The position numbers and the translations under genes are program-made. Of a stretch of 57,361 bases of DNA, positions 1 to 10,506 are shown piece by piece. Each line of letters begins with the position of its first letter. The first letter of the stretch is position 1. This stretch comes from Deltaproteobacteria bacterium (GTDB taxonomy: Bacteria > Myxococcota_A > UBA9160 > UBA6930). The notes beneath the pieces were generated by a model. That model worked only from the letters and a program-made list of their open reading frames with translations. It made no database searches and had not been told where the DNA came from. The DNA lies in contig JANNRF010000125.1 in NCBI GenBank assembly GCA_031401135.1, forward strand, positions 1-57,361. Direction: 5' to 3'.

Positions 1-747
1 CCGAAGATCGCGAACGCGAGCTTCAGAGTGGGCGGGGCGCGCTGCAGCGTCGCCGGCATTGCCAAGGGCTCGGGCATGATCGAGCCGAACATGGCGACGA
101 TGCTCTCGTTCGTCGCGACCGATGCCGGCGAAACAACTGGCGTACTGCGCGCGCTCTGGCGCGAGATCGCCGACGAGACCTACAACCGCGTGACGGTGGA
201 CGGCGAGACGAGCACCAGCGACACCGCGCTCGTGCTCGCGAACGGCGCCGCGGGCGCGAAGAAGATCAGCGGCACGGGCGGCAAGGACGCCGCGATGCTG
301 GCGGGCGCGCTGCTCGATGTGGCGACCGAGCTCGCGAAAATGCTCGCGCGGGACGGCGAGGGCGCGACCAAGCTCGTGACGATCGAGGTGACGGGCGCGA
401 AGAGCGACGCGCAGGCGGAAGCCGCAGGCCGCCGCATCGCGAACTCGCTGCTGGTGAAGACCGCGCTGTTCGGTGGCGACCCGAACTGGGGCCGCATCCT
501 GCAAACGGTGGGCGCCGCGCGCGTTGCCTTGCAACTCGCGAAGACCGAGGTCGTGCTGTGCGGCGTGCCGGTGTTCGCGGCGGGCGCCAGTACGGGCCCC
601 GAGGCGCGCAAAGCCGCGGGCAAACGCATGCGCGGCCACGAGATCTCGATCGCGGTCGCGCTCGGCGCGGGGCCGGGCCGAGCGCGGCTCTGGACCTGCG
701 ATCTCTCGTACGACTACGTCAAGGTGAACGCGGACTACACGACCTAG
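1..747 (+). CDS. argJ: Glutamate N-acetyltransferase / amino-acid acetyltransferase ArgJ, C-terminal part (5' end lies outside the window)
   Basis: Frame 1 is open from base 1. It contains the ArgJ hallmark GIAKGSGMIEPNMATMLSFVATDA and the typical C-terminus CDLSYDYVKVNADYTT. Stop TAG at 745-747. Confidence 0.9.
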   Translation, partial: PKIANASFRVGGARCSVAGIAKGSGMIEPNMATMLSFVATDAGETTGVLRALWREIADETYNRVTVDGETSTSDTALVLANGAAGAKKISGTGGKDAAMLAGALLDVATELAKMLARDGEGATKLVTIEVTGAKSDAQAEAAGRRIANSLLVKTALFGGDPNWGRILQTVGAARVALQLAKTEVVLCGVPVFAAGASTGPEARKAAGKRMRGHEISIAVALGAGPGRARLWTCDLSYDYVKVNADYTT

Positions 748-929
748 ACCGGGCCTAGCCGGGGACGCTCCTCCAAGTTTGTGACTTTGGGGACCCTCCT
801 CGGGCTCGATCGCAGCGGCAAAAGCACGTCCGGCTTCTGTTCGCCGTTCCGGAGCGCAAAACGCGAGCACGTCCCGCGTATCCATCCCTTGCCGGGGGGT
901 GACTCATCCTCGTAGGCTGACTTGCTCGG

Positions 930-2441
930 TTGCCGGAGGGCACTGCCATCGCCCGCTTAGCCCGCCAATTCGCATTCGGCTTGTTGCTCGCTTGCGCGCC
1001 CGCGAGCGCGAGCGTCTACACGTTCACGAACGTGCTCGATTCGACGCAGCAGCAGATCTCGACCAACACGCTGTGCCTCGCGCCCTCCATCAACAGCACC
1101 GGCACGCTCGCGTTCCTCGCCGGCTCAGGCAGCGCGCGCGGGATCTACAAAGGCTCGGGCGGCGCGCTCACCCTGGTCGCGGACACCACCTTCGGCGGGC
1201 AGGCGCGCCTGTTCGACGAAACGAGCTGCCACGGGCCCTCGATCAACGACGCAGGCGATGTCGCGTTCTACGCCTCCGTCCCCAGCGCCGCGCTCGACGG
1301 CATCTATGTGGGAAACGGCGGCGCGGTCGCGACCGTCGCGGATTCTTCGGGCGCGTTCGCGATGTTCTCCGCTGGCTCCGCCATGCCGTACGTGATGATC
1401 AACGAGTCTGGCGACATCCCGTTCGTCGCGCGCTTCGACCTGAGCGGCCCAGAGGCGCTCTACGTCGGCGACACGACCGGCGTCTCGCCGCTGTACGACT
1501 CGGGTAATTCGTCGTGGGTGACGTACGAGAACGGGCCGTCGATCAACGACGCCGGCAACGTCGCGTTCTTCGCGCTCACCTCGAACTTCAGCAGCGACGG
1601 TTTGTTCGTCGGCAACGGTGGCACGCCCTCGCAGCGCTTCGACCGCAATAGCGCTTGGTGCTCGCTCAGCCTCGAAACCGGCATCAACTCGCTCGGCAGC
1701 GCAAGCTACGCGGGCGAGCTCGGCACCAACTGCGTCGGCGACACGCTCATCTACCTCGCGTCGGCCACAGGCTCCGCGCCGCTCGTGTCTGGGCCAGTGG
1801 TGCCGTTCTGGTTCGACCCGCCCTCGTTCAATAACAACGGCGGCATTGCCTTCAACGGCGGGCCGCTCGGCGGGCCGAACGGCATCTACACCGGCGGCCA
1901 GAACAGCAGCGCCGTGATCCGCATCGGCGATCCGCTCTTCAGCTCGACCGTGACCAGCGTGCAGATCGGCCGGCAAGGCCTGAACGACTCCGGCCACGTC
2001 GCGTTCTGGTACAAGCTCGCCGACGGCCGCAGCGGCTACGCGCGCGCGAACCTAATTCCCGACTTCGACGGCGACGGCCTCTCCGACTCGCTCGACAACT
2101 GTCCGTTCAAAGCGAATCCGACGCAGGCTGATATTGGCGGGGTCGGAACGGCCTCGGGCCCTGACGGCATCGGCGACTCGTGCCAGTGCGGCGATGTCAA
2201 CAACGACGGCCGCGTGACTGGGCTCGACGGCACGCTCGTGAAGCGCGCGTCGCTTAGTCTCGCGCCGTTCGCGGCAGGCGTAGGAGCGCTCCCGGCACCC
2301 GACAAGTGCGATGTGAACGGCGGGACCACAGGCGACGGCGTGTTCCACTGCAGCGGTCTCGACGGCACACTGGTTCAGCGCGCCAGCCTCATGCTGCCGC
2401 CAGGCGTGCAGCAGTTCTGTCCTGCAGCCGACGGGAGCTAG
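930..2441 (+). CDS. Secreted tandem-repeat protein (NxxGxxAF 'choice-of-anchor'-type repeats) with C-terminal thrombospondin-type-3 / dockerin-like calcium-binding modules
   Basis: 503-aa ORF with a TTG start and a signal peptide (FGLLLACAPASASV). Six or more repeats: INSTGTLAF, INDAGDVAF, INESGDIPF, INDAGNVAF, NNNGGIAF, LNDSGHVAF, each followed by G[IL][YF]xG. C-terminal DFDGDGLSDSLDNCPFKANPTQAD plus two CGDVNNDGRVTGLDGTLV-like modules. Confidence 0.75.
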   Translation: MPEGTAIARLARQFAFGLLLACAPASASVYTFTNVLDSTQQQISTNTLCLAPSINSTGTLAFLAGSGSARGIYKGSGGALTLVADTTFGGQARLFDETSCHGPSINDAGDVAFYASVPSAALDGIYVGNGGAVATVADSSGAFAMFSAGSAMPYVMINESGDIPFVARFDLSGPEALYVGDTTGVSPLYDSGNSSWVTYENGPSINDAGNVAFFALTSNFSSDGLFVGNGGTPSQRFDRNSAWCSLSLETGINSLGSASYAGELGTNCVGDTLIYLASATGSAPLVSGPVVPFWFDPPSFNNNGGIAFNGGPLGGPNGIYTGGQNSSAVIRIGDPLFSSTVTSVQIGRQGLNDSGHVAFWYKLADGRSGYARANLIPDFDGDGLSDSLDNCPFKANPTQADIGGVGTASGPDGIGDSCQCGDVNNDGRVTGLDGTLVKRASLSLAPFAAGVGALPAPDKCDVNGGTTGDGVFHCSGLDGTLVQRASLMLPPGVQQFCPAADGS

Positions 2442-2738
2442 CGCGACCGCAACCTCGTGCTCGAGAAGCGAGGACACGTGGGCGCTTTTCCTCGAATGAT
2501 CGCGCCACTCTCGACGCGCCTGGACCAGGGGGCGAGCGGAGGGTCGGGGCGCGGAGGTGAGGTAAAGCGGAAACCGCCTATCGCCCCAAGCGCACGTCTG
2601 CTAATTCCCGCGCCAATTCACACGTTCTGGACCGCCCCAGCGGTCCCGAGCCGATCCGAAAGGCGTGTCGCCTCTCGAGTTCCGGCCCGGGTTGGGGAAT
2701 CGCGGCCGGGGCGGACGACCAACCGCGAAGGAGTTTCT

Positions 2739-3707
2739 ATGTCCGAAGGCCAGGGCATCACGCCCGCCACCGCGGCGCCCGCAGCGCCGCACACGATGAC
2801 CGCCGCGATGTCCGCGCGCCGTCGCCCCGATGTTCGCGCGCTGCTCGAGACGGGCGCGCACTTCGGGCACCAGACCCGCCGCTGGAACCCGCGCATGCGG
2901 AACTTCATCTTCGGCGAGCGCGACGGCATTCACATCATCGACCTCGACCAGACCGTGCCGCGCTTCGACGCGGCGCTCGAGTTCTTGCGCGAGACCGTCG
3001 CCTCTGGCGGCAAGGTCCTGTTCGTCGCGACCAAGCGGCAGGCGCAGGAAATCGTGAAGGTGGAATCCGCGCGCTCGAATCAGTTTTATGTGAACAACCG
3101 CTGGCTCGGCGGAATGCTCACGAACTGGCGCACGGTGCGGAAATCGCTCGAAATGTTCAAAGAGGAACTCGCGATTCTCGAGAGCGAGGAGCTCTCGAAG
3201 GCGCACTCGAAGAAATCGCTGTCGCGCATTTCGCGCAGCGTCGAGAAATACCGCAAGTCGCTCGACGGCATTCGCGAGATGTCGAAGCTGCCCGACGCGC
3301 TGTTCGTGATCGACGTCGCGAAGGAGCACATCGCGATCAGCGAAGCGCGCCGGCTCGGCATTCCGATCGTCGCGATCGTCGACACGAACTGCGACCCCGC
3401 CGGCATCGATTTCGTGGTGCCCGGCAACGACGATGCGATTCGCGCGCTCGAGCTCTACCTCGGCATGGCGGCGGATGCGTGCATTGAGGGCGCGAGCGTG
3501 CTGAACGAGCGCCTGACTTCGAGCGACGGCGGCGCGCAGCGCGGCAGCGACGGCGAAGTGACGCCTGCCGGCCGGCGCGTGGTCGAGATTCGACAAGCTC
3601 CGCGGCGCGGTCGCCAGCCCGGCGGCGCGCACTCCTCGGCAGGCGCGCACTCGCGGCGCCCCCCCGGTGGGTCGGACGGCGGCGGCGAGATCCCGGCCGG
3701 CGACTAG
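2739..3707 (+). CDS. rpsB: 30S ribosomal protein S2
   Basis: ATG at 2739 is preceded by SD GAAGGAG (2728-2734). Motifs LLETGAHFGHQTRRWNPRM and VIDVAKEHIAISEARRLGIPIVAIVDTNCDP. The longer ORF from 2457 is a non-coding-looking 5' extension. Alternative internal starts at 2796 and 2808. Confidence 0.9.
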   Translation: MSEGQGITPATAAPAAPHTMTAAMSARRRPDVRALLETGAHFGHQTRRWNPRMRNFIFGERDGIHIIDLDQTVPRFDAALEFLRETVASGGKVLFVATKRQAQEIVKVESARSNQFYVNNRWLGGMLTNWRTVRKSLEMFKEELAILESEELSKAHSKKSLSRISRSVEKYRKSLDGIREMSKLPDALFVIDVAKEHIAISEARRLGIPIVAIVDTNCDPAGIDFVVPGNDDAIRALELYLGMAADACIEGASVLNERLTSSDGGAQRGSDGEVTPAGRRVVEIRQAPRRGRQPGGAHSSAGAHSRRPPGGSDGGGEIPAGD

Positions 3708-3755
3708 CGCCGAGTTCATCGCGAACGCAGAATTGTTACGGACGGAGACAAGCTC

Positions 3756-4628
3756 GTGGCCGAGATTTCAGCCCAAGTCGTAAAGGATCTGCGCGACAAG
3801 ACCGGCGCGCCGATGATGGATTGCAAGCGCGCGCTCAGCGACTCGAACGGCGACGCGACCCAAGCCGTCGCGTTGCTCCGCGAGCGTGGCCTCGCGAAGG
3901 CCGTGAAGCGCGCCGGCAAGGAGACCAGCGAAGGCGTGATCGCGCTCGCGACCGGCGATGGCGCGGGCGCGCTGATCGAACTCGGCTGCGAGACCGACTT
4001 CGTCGCGAAGACGCCCGACTTCCAGGCGCTGGCTGCTGCGCTCGCGAGCGCGGCTATCGCGAGCGGCGCCACCAGCACGGATGCGGTGCTCGCCGCCGGC
4101 GTCGGCGGAGCCAAGGGCTCGGACGTGATAGCCGCTGCCATCTCCAAGCTGGGCGAGAACATCCAGCTGAAACGCGTCGAGCGGCTCTCGATCGCAGGCG
4201 GCGGCGTTGCGGGCGGCTACATCCACGCGGGCGGCAAGCTCGGCGTGATGGTCGGCCTCGCGACGAGTTCGCGGGATGCCGGCGTGAGCGCGCTCGCGAA
4301 GGATCTGGCGATGCACGTGGCGGCCGCCGACCCGAGCCCGGTCGCGATCGACCGCGACGGCGTGCCGAAGGACCTGCTCGAAAAAGAGGCCGCGATCTTT
4401 CGGAACCAGGCGCTCGGCGAGGGCAAGCCCGAGAAGATCGTGGAGCGCATCGTCGAGGGGCGCATCAAGAAGTATTACGGCGAAGTCTGCCTGCTCGAGC
4501 AGGCGTTCGTGAAGGACCCTGACAAGACCGTCTCGCAGCTGCTGGCCGATGCGAGCGCGAAGCTCGGCGCGCCGATCCAAGTGACGGCGTTCGTGCGCTT
4601 CCGATTGGGCGAAACGACCGCGGAGTAA
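3756..4628 (+). CDS. tsf: Translation elongation factor Ts
   Basis: GTG start after GGAG. N-terminus AEISAQVVKDLRDKTGAPMMDCKRAL (UBA-like EF-Ts signature). Lies directly downstream of rpsB. Confidence 0.93.
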   Translation: MAEISAQVVKDLRDKTGAPMMDCKRALSDSNGDATQAVALLRERGLAKAVKRAGKETSEGVIALATGDGAGALIELGCETDFVAKTPDFQALAAALASAAIASGATSTDAVLAAGVGGAKGSDVIAAAISKLGENIQLKRVERLSIAGGGVAGGYIHAGGKLGVMVGLATSSRDAGVSALAKDLAMHVAAADPSPVAIDRDGVPKDLLEKEAAIFRNQALGEGKPEKIVERIVEGRIKKYYGEVCLLEQAFVKDPDKTVSQLLADASAKLGAPIQVTAFVRFRLGETTAE

Positions 4629-5345
<717 letters not shown>

Positions 5346-5377
5346 CGCTTCAGCGCGTCGAGGCAGGGGAGATCAGA

Positions 5378-5947
5378 ATGGCGGGCGACGACGTAGCGAT
5401 CGTGCTGAGCGAGGCGAAGGACGAGATGGAGAAATCGATGCGTAGCCTGCGCATCGAGCTCCAGAAAGTCCGCACCGGCCGCGCCAACCCTGCGCTGCTC
5501 GAGAACGTGAACGTCGATTATTACGGAACGCCGACGCCGCTGCGGCAGCTCGCGAACCTCTCGGCGCCCGATCCGCGCCTGATCGTCGTTTCGCCCTACG
5601 ACCGCGGCGCGATCGCGGATCTCGAGCGAGCCATTCGGGCCGCGAACCTCGGCTTCACGCCCAACAACGACGGCAAGATCATCCGCCTGCCGATCCCGCC
5701 GCTCAACGAGGAGCGCCGCAAGGATCTCGTGAAGCAGGTCAAGAAGATGGCCGAAGAGCACAAGATCGGGGTGCGTGACGCGCGCCGCGGCGCGATGGAG
5801 ATGGTCAAGGATCTCGAGGACGACGGCACGATCTCGACCGACGACAAGCGCCGCGTCGAAAAGCAAGTGCAGGACCTGACCGACGAGTACGTGAAGAAGA
5901 TCGACGACGCGATCGCGCACAAGGAAAAAGAAGTCCTGGAGGTCTGA
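5378..5947 (+). CDS. frr: Ribosome recycling factor
   Basis: SD GGGGAG precedes the ATG. 189 aa with RTGRANPALLENVNVDYYGTPTPLRQLA and IPPLNEERRKDLVK motifs. Confidence 0.93.
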   Translation: MAGDDVAIVLSEAKDEMEKSMRSLRIELQKVRTGRANPALLENVNVDYYGTPTPLRQLANLSAPDPRLIVVSPYDRGAIADLERAIRAANLGFTPNNDGKIIRLPIPPLNEERRKDLVKQVKKMAEEHKIGVRDARRGAMEMVKDLEDDGTISTDDKRRVEKQVQDLTDEYVKKIDDAIAHKEKEVLEV

Positions 5948-6187
5948 CTCGATGCAGCGCGACTCGCGCAGCGCAGCAGCACTCACCTCGCACGCCTCAC
6001 CGCGCGCGAGTCTGCGACGCGCGCAAAGCCCCGCGAATGCCTCGTCGTCCGCACGCTCGCTCGCTCCTTCAACCCAGCACCCTGCAGCGACCTGCGCGAC
6101 CGGCGGATCAGCGGCGGCGCAGCCGCCCGCTGCATTCGCTGAGCGCAGTCGCGCAAACCCCAGCGCCTCCTCCAGGCGAGCGCTCTC

Positions 6188-6949
6188 GTGATCGAACTAC
6201 GCCCTGACCGAATCCCGAGCCACATCGCAATTATTATGGATGGGAATGGGCGCTGGGCCGAGAGCCGCGGCCTCCCGCGCACGGACGGCCACCGCGCGGG
6301 CATGGAGACAGTCCGCGCCACCGTGCGCGCCGCCCGCGAACTGGGCGTGCGTTGGCTCACGCTCTACGCCTTCTCCTCCGAGAACTGGAACCGCCCGAAG
6401 GCCGAAGTCGACTTGTTGATGCGCCTGCCCGAGGAGTTCTTCGAGCAGGAACTCCCCGAGGCGATCGCGAAGAACGTGCGCATCCTCGCGATCGGCAAGC
6501 GCGATCGCCTGCCGCTCGGCGTGCGCCGCTCGCTCGAGGACGCGATCGCGCGCACTGCGCATAACACCGGCATGCGCCTCGTGTTCGCGCTCAGCTACGG
6601 CGGGCGCGGCGAACTGGTCGAAGCCGCGCGGCGCCTGATGCGCGACGCGGATCTCGGCCGCATCACGCCCGACGCGCTCACCGAGAAGTTGTTCGCGCAG
6701 TACCTCGACGAGCCCGAGATGCCCGATGTGGACTTGCTCGTTCGGACCGGCGGCGAGTACCGCGTCTCGAACTTCCTGCTCTGGCAGATCGCTTACGCCG
6801 AGATTGTGACGAGTGCCGAGATGTGGCCCGCGTTCGGGCGCGCGCAGCTCGAAGCCGCGATCGCGCAGTATCAGGGCCGCGAGCGGCGCTTCGGCCTCAC
6901 CAGCGCTCAGGTTCGAGGCGGGCAGGGCGAGCCCCAGGGCGAGGCGTGA
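6188..6949 (+). CDS. uppS: Di-trans,poly-cis-undecaprenyl-diphosphate synthase
   Basis: GTG start. HIAIIMDGNGRWA, LTLYAFSSENWNRP and RTGGEYRVSNFLLWQIAYAE motifs. Confidence 0.9.
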   Translation: MIELRPDRIPSHIAIIMDGNGRWAESRGLPRTDGHRAGMETVRATVRAARELGVRWLTLYAFSSENWNRPKAEVDLLMRLPEEFFEQELPEAIAKNVRILAIGKRDRLPLGVRRSLEDAIARTAHNTGMRLVFALSYGGRGELVEAARRLMRDADLGRITPDALTEKLFAQYLDEPEMPDVDLLVRTGGEYRVSNFLLWQIAYAEIVTSAEMWPAFGRAQLEAAIAQYQGRERRFGLTSAQVRGGQGEPQGEA

Positions 6950-8112
6950 AGCGGCTCGCGCTGCTTGGCAGCACTGGCTCGATCGGCGAGCAGACGCTCG
7001 CGGTCGCCGCCGAGTTTCCCGAGCGTTATCAGGTGGTCGCGCTCGCGGCGGGCAAGCAGATCGAAAAGCTCGCGGCGCAAGTGCAGCGCTTCCGGCCCGC
7101 GCTCGTTGCGGTCGCCGATGACGCGGGCGCTCGCGGATTGCGCGCACGGCTCGGCCCGGGCGCGCCGGAGATCGCAGTCGGCGCGGCGGGCCTAATTGCT
7201 GTGGCCGAGGCGCCCGCGGATTGCGTCGTCTCCGGCCTGGTCGGCGCGCTCGGCCTCGCGCCCACGCTCGCCGCGATTCGCAAAGGCCGCGAGATCGCGC
7301 TCGCGAACAAGGAAGTGCTGGTGATGGCCGGCGCGCTGGTGCGCCGCGAAGTGGAGCGCGCGGGCGTAACACTTCTGCCCGTGGACTCGGAGCACAGCGG
7401 CGCGTTCCAAGCGCTCGCAGGGCATCGCCGCGAAGACGTACACAAGCTCGTGCTCACTGCGTCGGGCGGTCCGTTCCGCACCTGGAGCGCGGAGCAGATG
7501 GAGCGCGCCACGGTTGCCGAGGCGCTCAAGCATCCGAACTGGGCGATGGGCCCGAAGATCACGATCGATTCGGCCACGCTCGCGAACAAGGCGCTCGAGG
7601 TGATCGAGGCGCGCTGGCTGTTCGATCTGCCTGCCGAGAAGGTGGGCGTGGTCGTGCATCCCCAATCGATCGTGCACGCGCTGGTCGAGTACGTCGACGG
7701 CTCCGTAATCGCTCAACTCGGCATGCCCGACATGCGCGTGCCGATTGCGCTCGCGCTGGCGTGGCCCGAGCGGCTGCCGCTGACGCTGCCGCGCCTCGAT
7801 CTCGCGCAGATCAAGCGCCTCGATTTCGAGTCGCCGGATCCGAAGCGCTTCCCGTGCCTCGACCTCGCCTGGGCCGCGCTCGCGGGCGGCGAGGCCGCGC
7901 CGGCTGTCTTCAACGCCGCGAACGAAGTTGCGGTCGCCGCCTTCCTCGCGGGCGAAGTCCCGTTTCCCGCAATCGCGCGCACCAACGCGCGCGTGCTGGA
8001 AGCGCACCTCGCGGCGGGCGGCGCCGCGCTCGGTAGTCTCGACGATGTACTCGCAGTCGATGCGGACGCCCGCCGCCGTGCCCGCGAGTGCGTGGAGGAA
8101 TATCGGACGTGA
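6946..8112 (+). CDS. dxr: 1-deoxy-D-xylulose 5-phosphate reductoisomerase
   Basis: GTG at 6946 overlaps the uppS stop (GTGA). N-terminus KRLALLGSTGSIGEQTL, plus LANKEVLVMAG and PVDSEHSGAFQ motifs. The ORF part from 6823 to 6945 overlaps uppS and is Arg-rich, so it is not taken as coding. Confidence 0.9.
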   Translation: MKRLALLGSTGSIGEQTLAVAAEFPERYQVVALAAGKQIEKLAAQVQRFRPALVAVADDAGARGLRARLGPGAPEIAVGAAGLIAVAEAPADCVVSGLVGALGLAPTLAAIRKGREIALANKEVLVMAGALVRREVERAGVTLLPVDSEHSGAFQALAGHRREDVHKLVLTASGGPFRTWSAEQMERATVAEALKHPNWAMGPKITIDSATLANKALEVIEARWLFDLPAEKVGVVVHPQSIVHALVEYVDGSVIAQLGMPDMRVPIALALAWPERLPLTLPRLDLAQIKRLDFESPDPKRFPCLDLAWAALAGGEAAPAVFNAANEVAVAAFLAGEVPFPAIARTNARVLEAHLAAGGAALGSLDDVLAVDADARRRARECVEEYRT

Positions 8113-9764
8113 GCTGGCTTCTCGACGGATTCAACGCGGTGTTTCCCGTGGTGATCGTGCTCGGCGTGCTCGTGACGGTGCACGAGCTCGGGCACTTCTT
8201 GGCTGCGCGCGCCTGCGGCGTGCGCGTGCTCAAGTTCTCGGTCGGCTTCGGCCCGACGATCGGCTTCGGGCGCTTCCGCCTGCGCTGGATGCAAGGCGGC
8301 ACCGAGTTCGTGGTGGCGTGGATCCCGCTCGGCGGCTTCGTCAAGATGTTAGGGGAAAACCCTGGCGAGGAGGATTCGCCGGAAGCCCGCGCCGATCGCG
8401 CGCACTCGCTGCCGGCGGCATCGCTATGGCGCAAGCTCACGATCGTACTCGCGGGCCCGTTCGTGAATCTGGCGTTGCCGGTCGTGGTGTTCGTCGCGGC
8501 GCTGTGGGTCGGGCTCGACCGGCCTGCCGCGGTGGTCGGCACGGTCGAACGCGGGTCGCCGGCGGAAGCTGCTGGCGTGTTGCCGGGGGATCGCGTGCTC
8601 GCGGTCGATGGCGACAAAGTGCACGACTGGAGCGAAGTCGAGACGGGCATTCGCGCCCACGCGGGCAGCGAGCTAAGGCTCACGCTCGAGCGCGGCGGGG
8701 CGCAGCGCGATCTCGAGATTCCCTCGCAGCAGCGCAGCGGCATTGACGCGGCCGGCATCGCCGCGGCCGTGGGCTGGATCGGCGTGCATCACGAGCGGCA
8801 ACTCGCGCTGCTCGCCGTGCCGTCACCTAACAGCCCGGCTGCGCGAGCGGGCCTGCTGTCGGGCGATCGCGTGATCGCGGTCGACGGCCTCGCGGTCGAA
8901 GCGTGGCACGAGTTCGCGGCCGCATACGCGCACGCGCGTGGCGAGGCGACGCTGCGCATCGAGCGCGCCCCCGATGCGGCGCCGAGCGAGCTGCGCGTGC
9001 CCGCGCTCGCCTCCCTCGACGAGCTGGGAGTAATTACGGCGGTAGTGGTGAGCCAGGTCGATCCAGGCACGCCGGCCGCGAAGGCTGGCGCAAAGAAGGG
9101 CGACCTCCTCGTCGCCATCGACGGCCACCCGATCGGCACGTTCCAGAGCTTCCGCGAATCGGTGCAGGCGAGCGAAGGGCGACCTCTCGCGGTTGCGCTG
9201 GTGCGGGGCGGCGTAGCGCACACGCTCCAGATCTCGCCTGAGAAGATGAAAACCGAACTCGTGCCGGGCGTGTTCGAGGAGATCTATCGCGTTGGCATCG
9301 GCGGCGCGCCGGGGCTCGCGGCCGGCGTGTTCGAGGTCGAGCGCATTCGCAACCCGCTCGCCGCCTTCCCGCGCGCGCTTGACAAGACCGAGATCGAGCT
9401 GCGGCGCTTCCTGACGGGCCTCGGCCACATCGTGGCAGGCCGCGTCTCGCGCGACTCGATCGGCGGCCCGATCGAAATCGCGCGCCAATCGAAGATCGCC
9501 TGGGATCTCGGTTGGACTTATTTCTTGGGTCTGTTCGTAATGATCAGCCTCAACCTCGGCATCCTGAACCTGTTGCCGATCCCCGTGCTCGATGGCGGGC
9601 AGGCCGTCATGTACACGCTCGAGGCGGCGCTGAAAGACCGCTTCACACTGCGCGCGCGCGAGATCGCGCAAACGGTCGGCTTCGCGATGCTGCTTACGCT
9701 CATGGCGTTCGCGCTTTACAACGACATCACGAAGCGCGTGATCGGCTTCTTTCAGGACCTCTAG
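8109..9764 (+). CDS. rseP: RIP zinc metalloprotease RseP (site-2 protease) with PDZ domains
   Basis: HELGHF zinc motif in the first TM segment, PDZ-like segments (GSPAEAAGVLPGDRVLAVDG; SPAARAGLLSGDRVIAVDG; TPAAKAGAKKGDLLVAIDG) and a C-terminal LNLLPIPVLDGG motif. GTG at 8109 overlaps the dxr stop (GTGA). An alternative ATG lies at 8088. Confidence 0.88.
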   Translation: MSWLLDGFNAVFPVVIVLGVLVTVHELGHFLAARACGVRVLKFSVGFGPTIGFGRFRLRWMQGGTEFVVAWIPLGGFVKMLGENPGEEDSPEARADRAHSLPAASLWRKLTIVLAGPFVNLALPVVVFVAALWVGLDRPAAVVGTVERGSPAEAAGVLPGDRVLAVDGDKVHDWSEVETGIRAHAGSELRLTLERGGAQRDLEIPSQQRSGIDAAGIAAAVGWIGVHHERQLALLAVPSPNSPAARAGLLSGDRVIAVDGLAVEAWHEFAAAYAHARGEATLRIERAPDAAPSELRVPALASLDELGVITAVVVSQVDPGTPAAKAGAKKGDLLVAIDGHPIGTFQSFRESVQASEGRPLAVALVRGGVAHTLQISPEKMKTELVPGVFEEIYRVGIGGAPGLAAGVFEVERIRNPLAAFPRALDKTEIELRRFLTGLGHIVAGRVSRDSIGGPIEIARQSKIAWDLGWTYFLGLFVMISLNLGILNLLPIPVLDGGQAVMYTLEAALKDRFTLRAREIAQTVGFAMLLTLMAFALYNDITKRVIGFFQDL

Positions 9765-9771
9765 GCGGCGC

Positions 9772-10482
9772 GTGGCGGCTCCGTTGTTATTGGCGATCGA
9801 GACCGCCACGCGCGTCTGCTCGGTCGCGCTGGCACGCGGCGGTGAGGTGCTGCACGTGCGCGCCAACAGCGACGCGCGGCTGCACTCCGAACGCCTGCTG
9901 CCGATGATCGACGCGCTGCTCGGCGAGGCTGGCGTGAAGCTCGCCGACGTAGAGGCGTTTGCGATCTCGATCGGGCCGGGCTCGTTCACCGGCCTGCGCA
10001 TCGGGCTCGCGACCGTGAAGGCGTTTGCGCTCGCGGATGGGCGCCCGGTCGCGCCGGTCTCGACGCTCGCCGCGCTGTGTGCGAGTGCGGACGATGGACG
10101 GCGCACGGGCCCAGTCGCCGCGCTCCTCGACGCGCGCCGCGGCGCCTATTACGCCGCGTGCGTCTCGCGCGCCGGGCTCGCGCGCGGCGACGTGCTGGCA
10201 GACTGCGTGCTCACACCACGCGACCTCGCGACGAAGCTCCCGAACGGCGCGCACGTGGTGGTGGGCGAAGGCGCGCGCGAGGGCGCCGAGCAGCTCGCCG
10301 CGCTCCGCCCCGATCTCGCGCTGCTCACGCTCCACGACCTCGGTGCAAACGCAGCCAGCGTCGCGCGCCTCGGAGCGCAGCTGCTCGCCGAGGGCGCCGG
10401 CCGCGACGCCGCCGAGCTCGTGCCCGTCTACCTGCGCCGCGCCGAAGCCGAAGCACGCCGCACCGGCCTCGCCTTCGAGTAA
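9772..10482 (+). CDS. tsaB: tRNA t6A37 threonylcarbamoyl-transfer protein TsaB (YeaZ family)
   Basis: GTG start. [16 protein letters not shown]... and [24 protein letters not shown] motifs typical of TsaB. Confidence 0.85.
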   Translation: MAAPLLLAIETATRVCSVALARGGEVLHVRANSDARLHSERLLPMIDALLGEAGVKLADVEAFAISIGPGSFTGLRIGLATVKAFALADGRPVAPVSTLAALCASADDGRRTGPVAALLDARRGAYYAACVSRAGLARGDVLADCVLTPRDLATKLPNGAHVVVGEGAREGAEQLAALRPDLALLTLHDLGANAASVARLGAQLLAEGAGRDAAELVPVYLRRAEAEARRTGLAFE

Positions 10483-10506
10483 CGCCGCGCTGCGACGAAC
10501 TACCCC

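Noticed and set aside
2442-2738. Possible rpsB autoregulatory leader or promoter in the 297-nt region upstream of rpsB
   Set aside because: An S2-binding leader is plausible on general grounds. I could not identify a defined structure or -35/-10 pair confidently from the sequence alone.
5948-6187. 240-nt gap between frr and uppS; the ORFs here (5952-6191 on the plus strand, 5983-6360 on the minus strand) were considered as small genes or an sRNA
   Set aside because: The translations are Ala/Arg/Ser-rich with no start context. I could find no convincing hairpin, promoter or known RNA motif by eye, so the gap is left unannotated.
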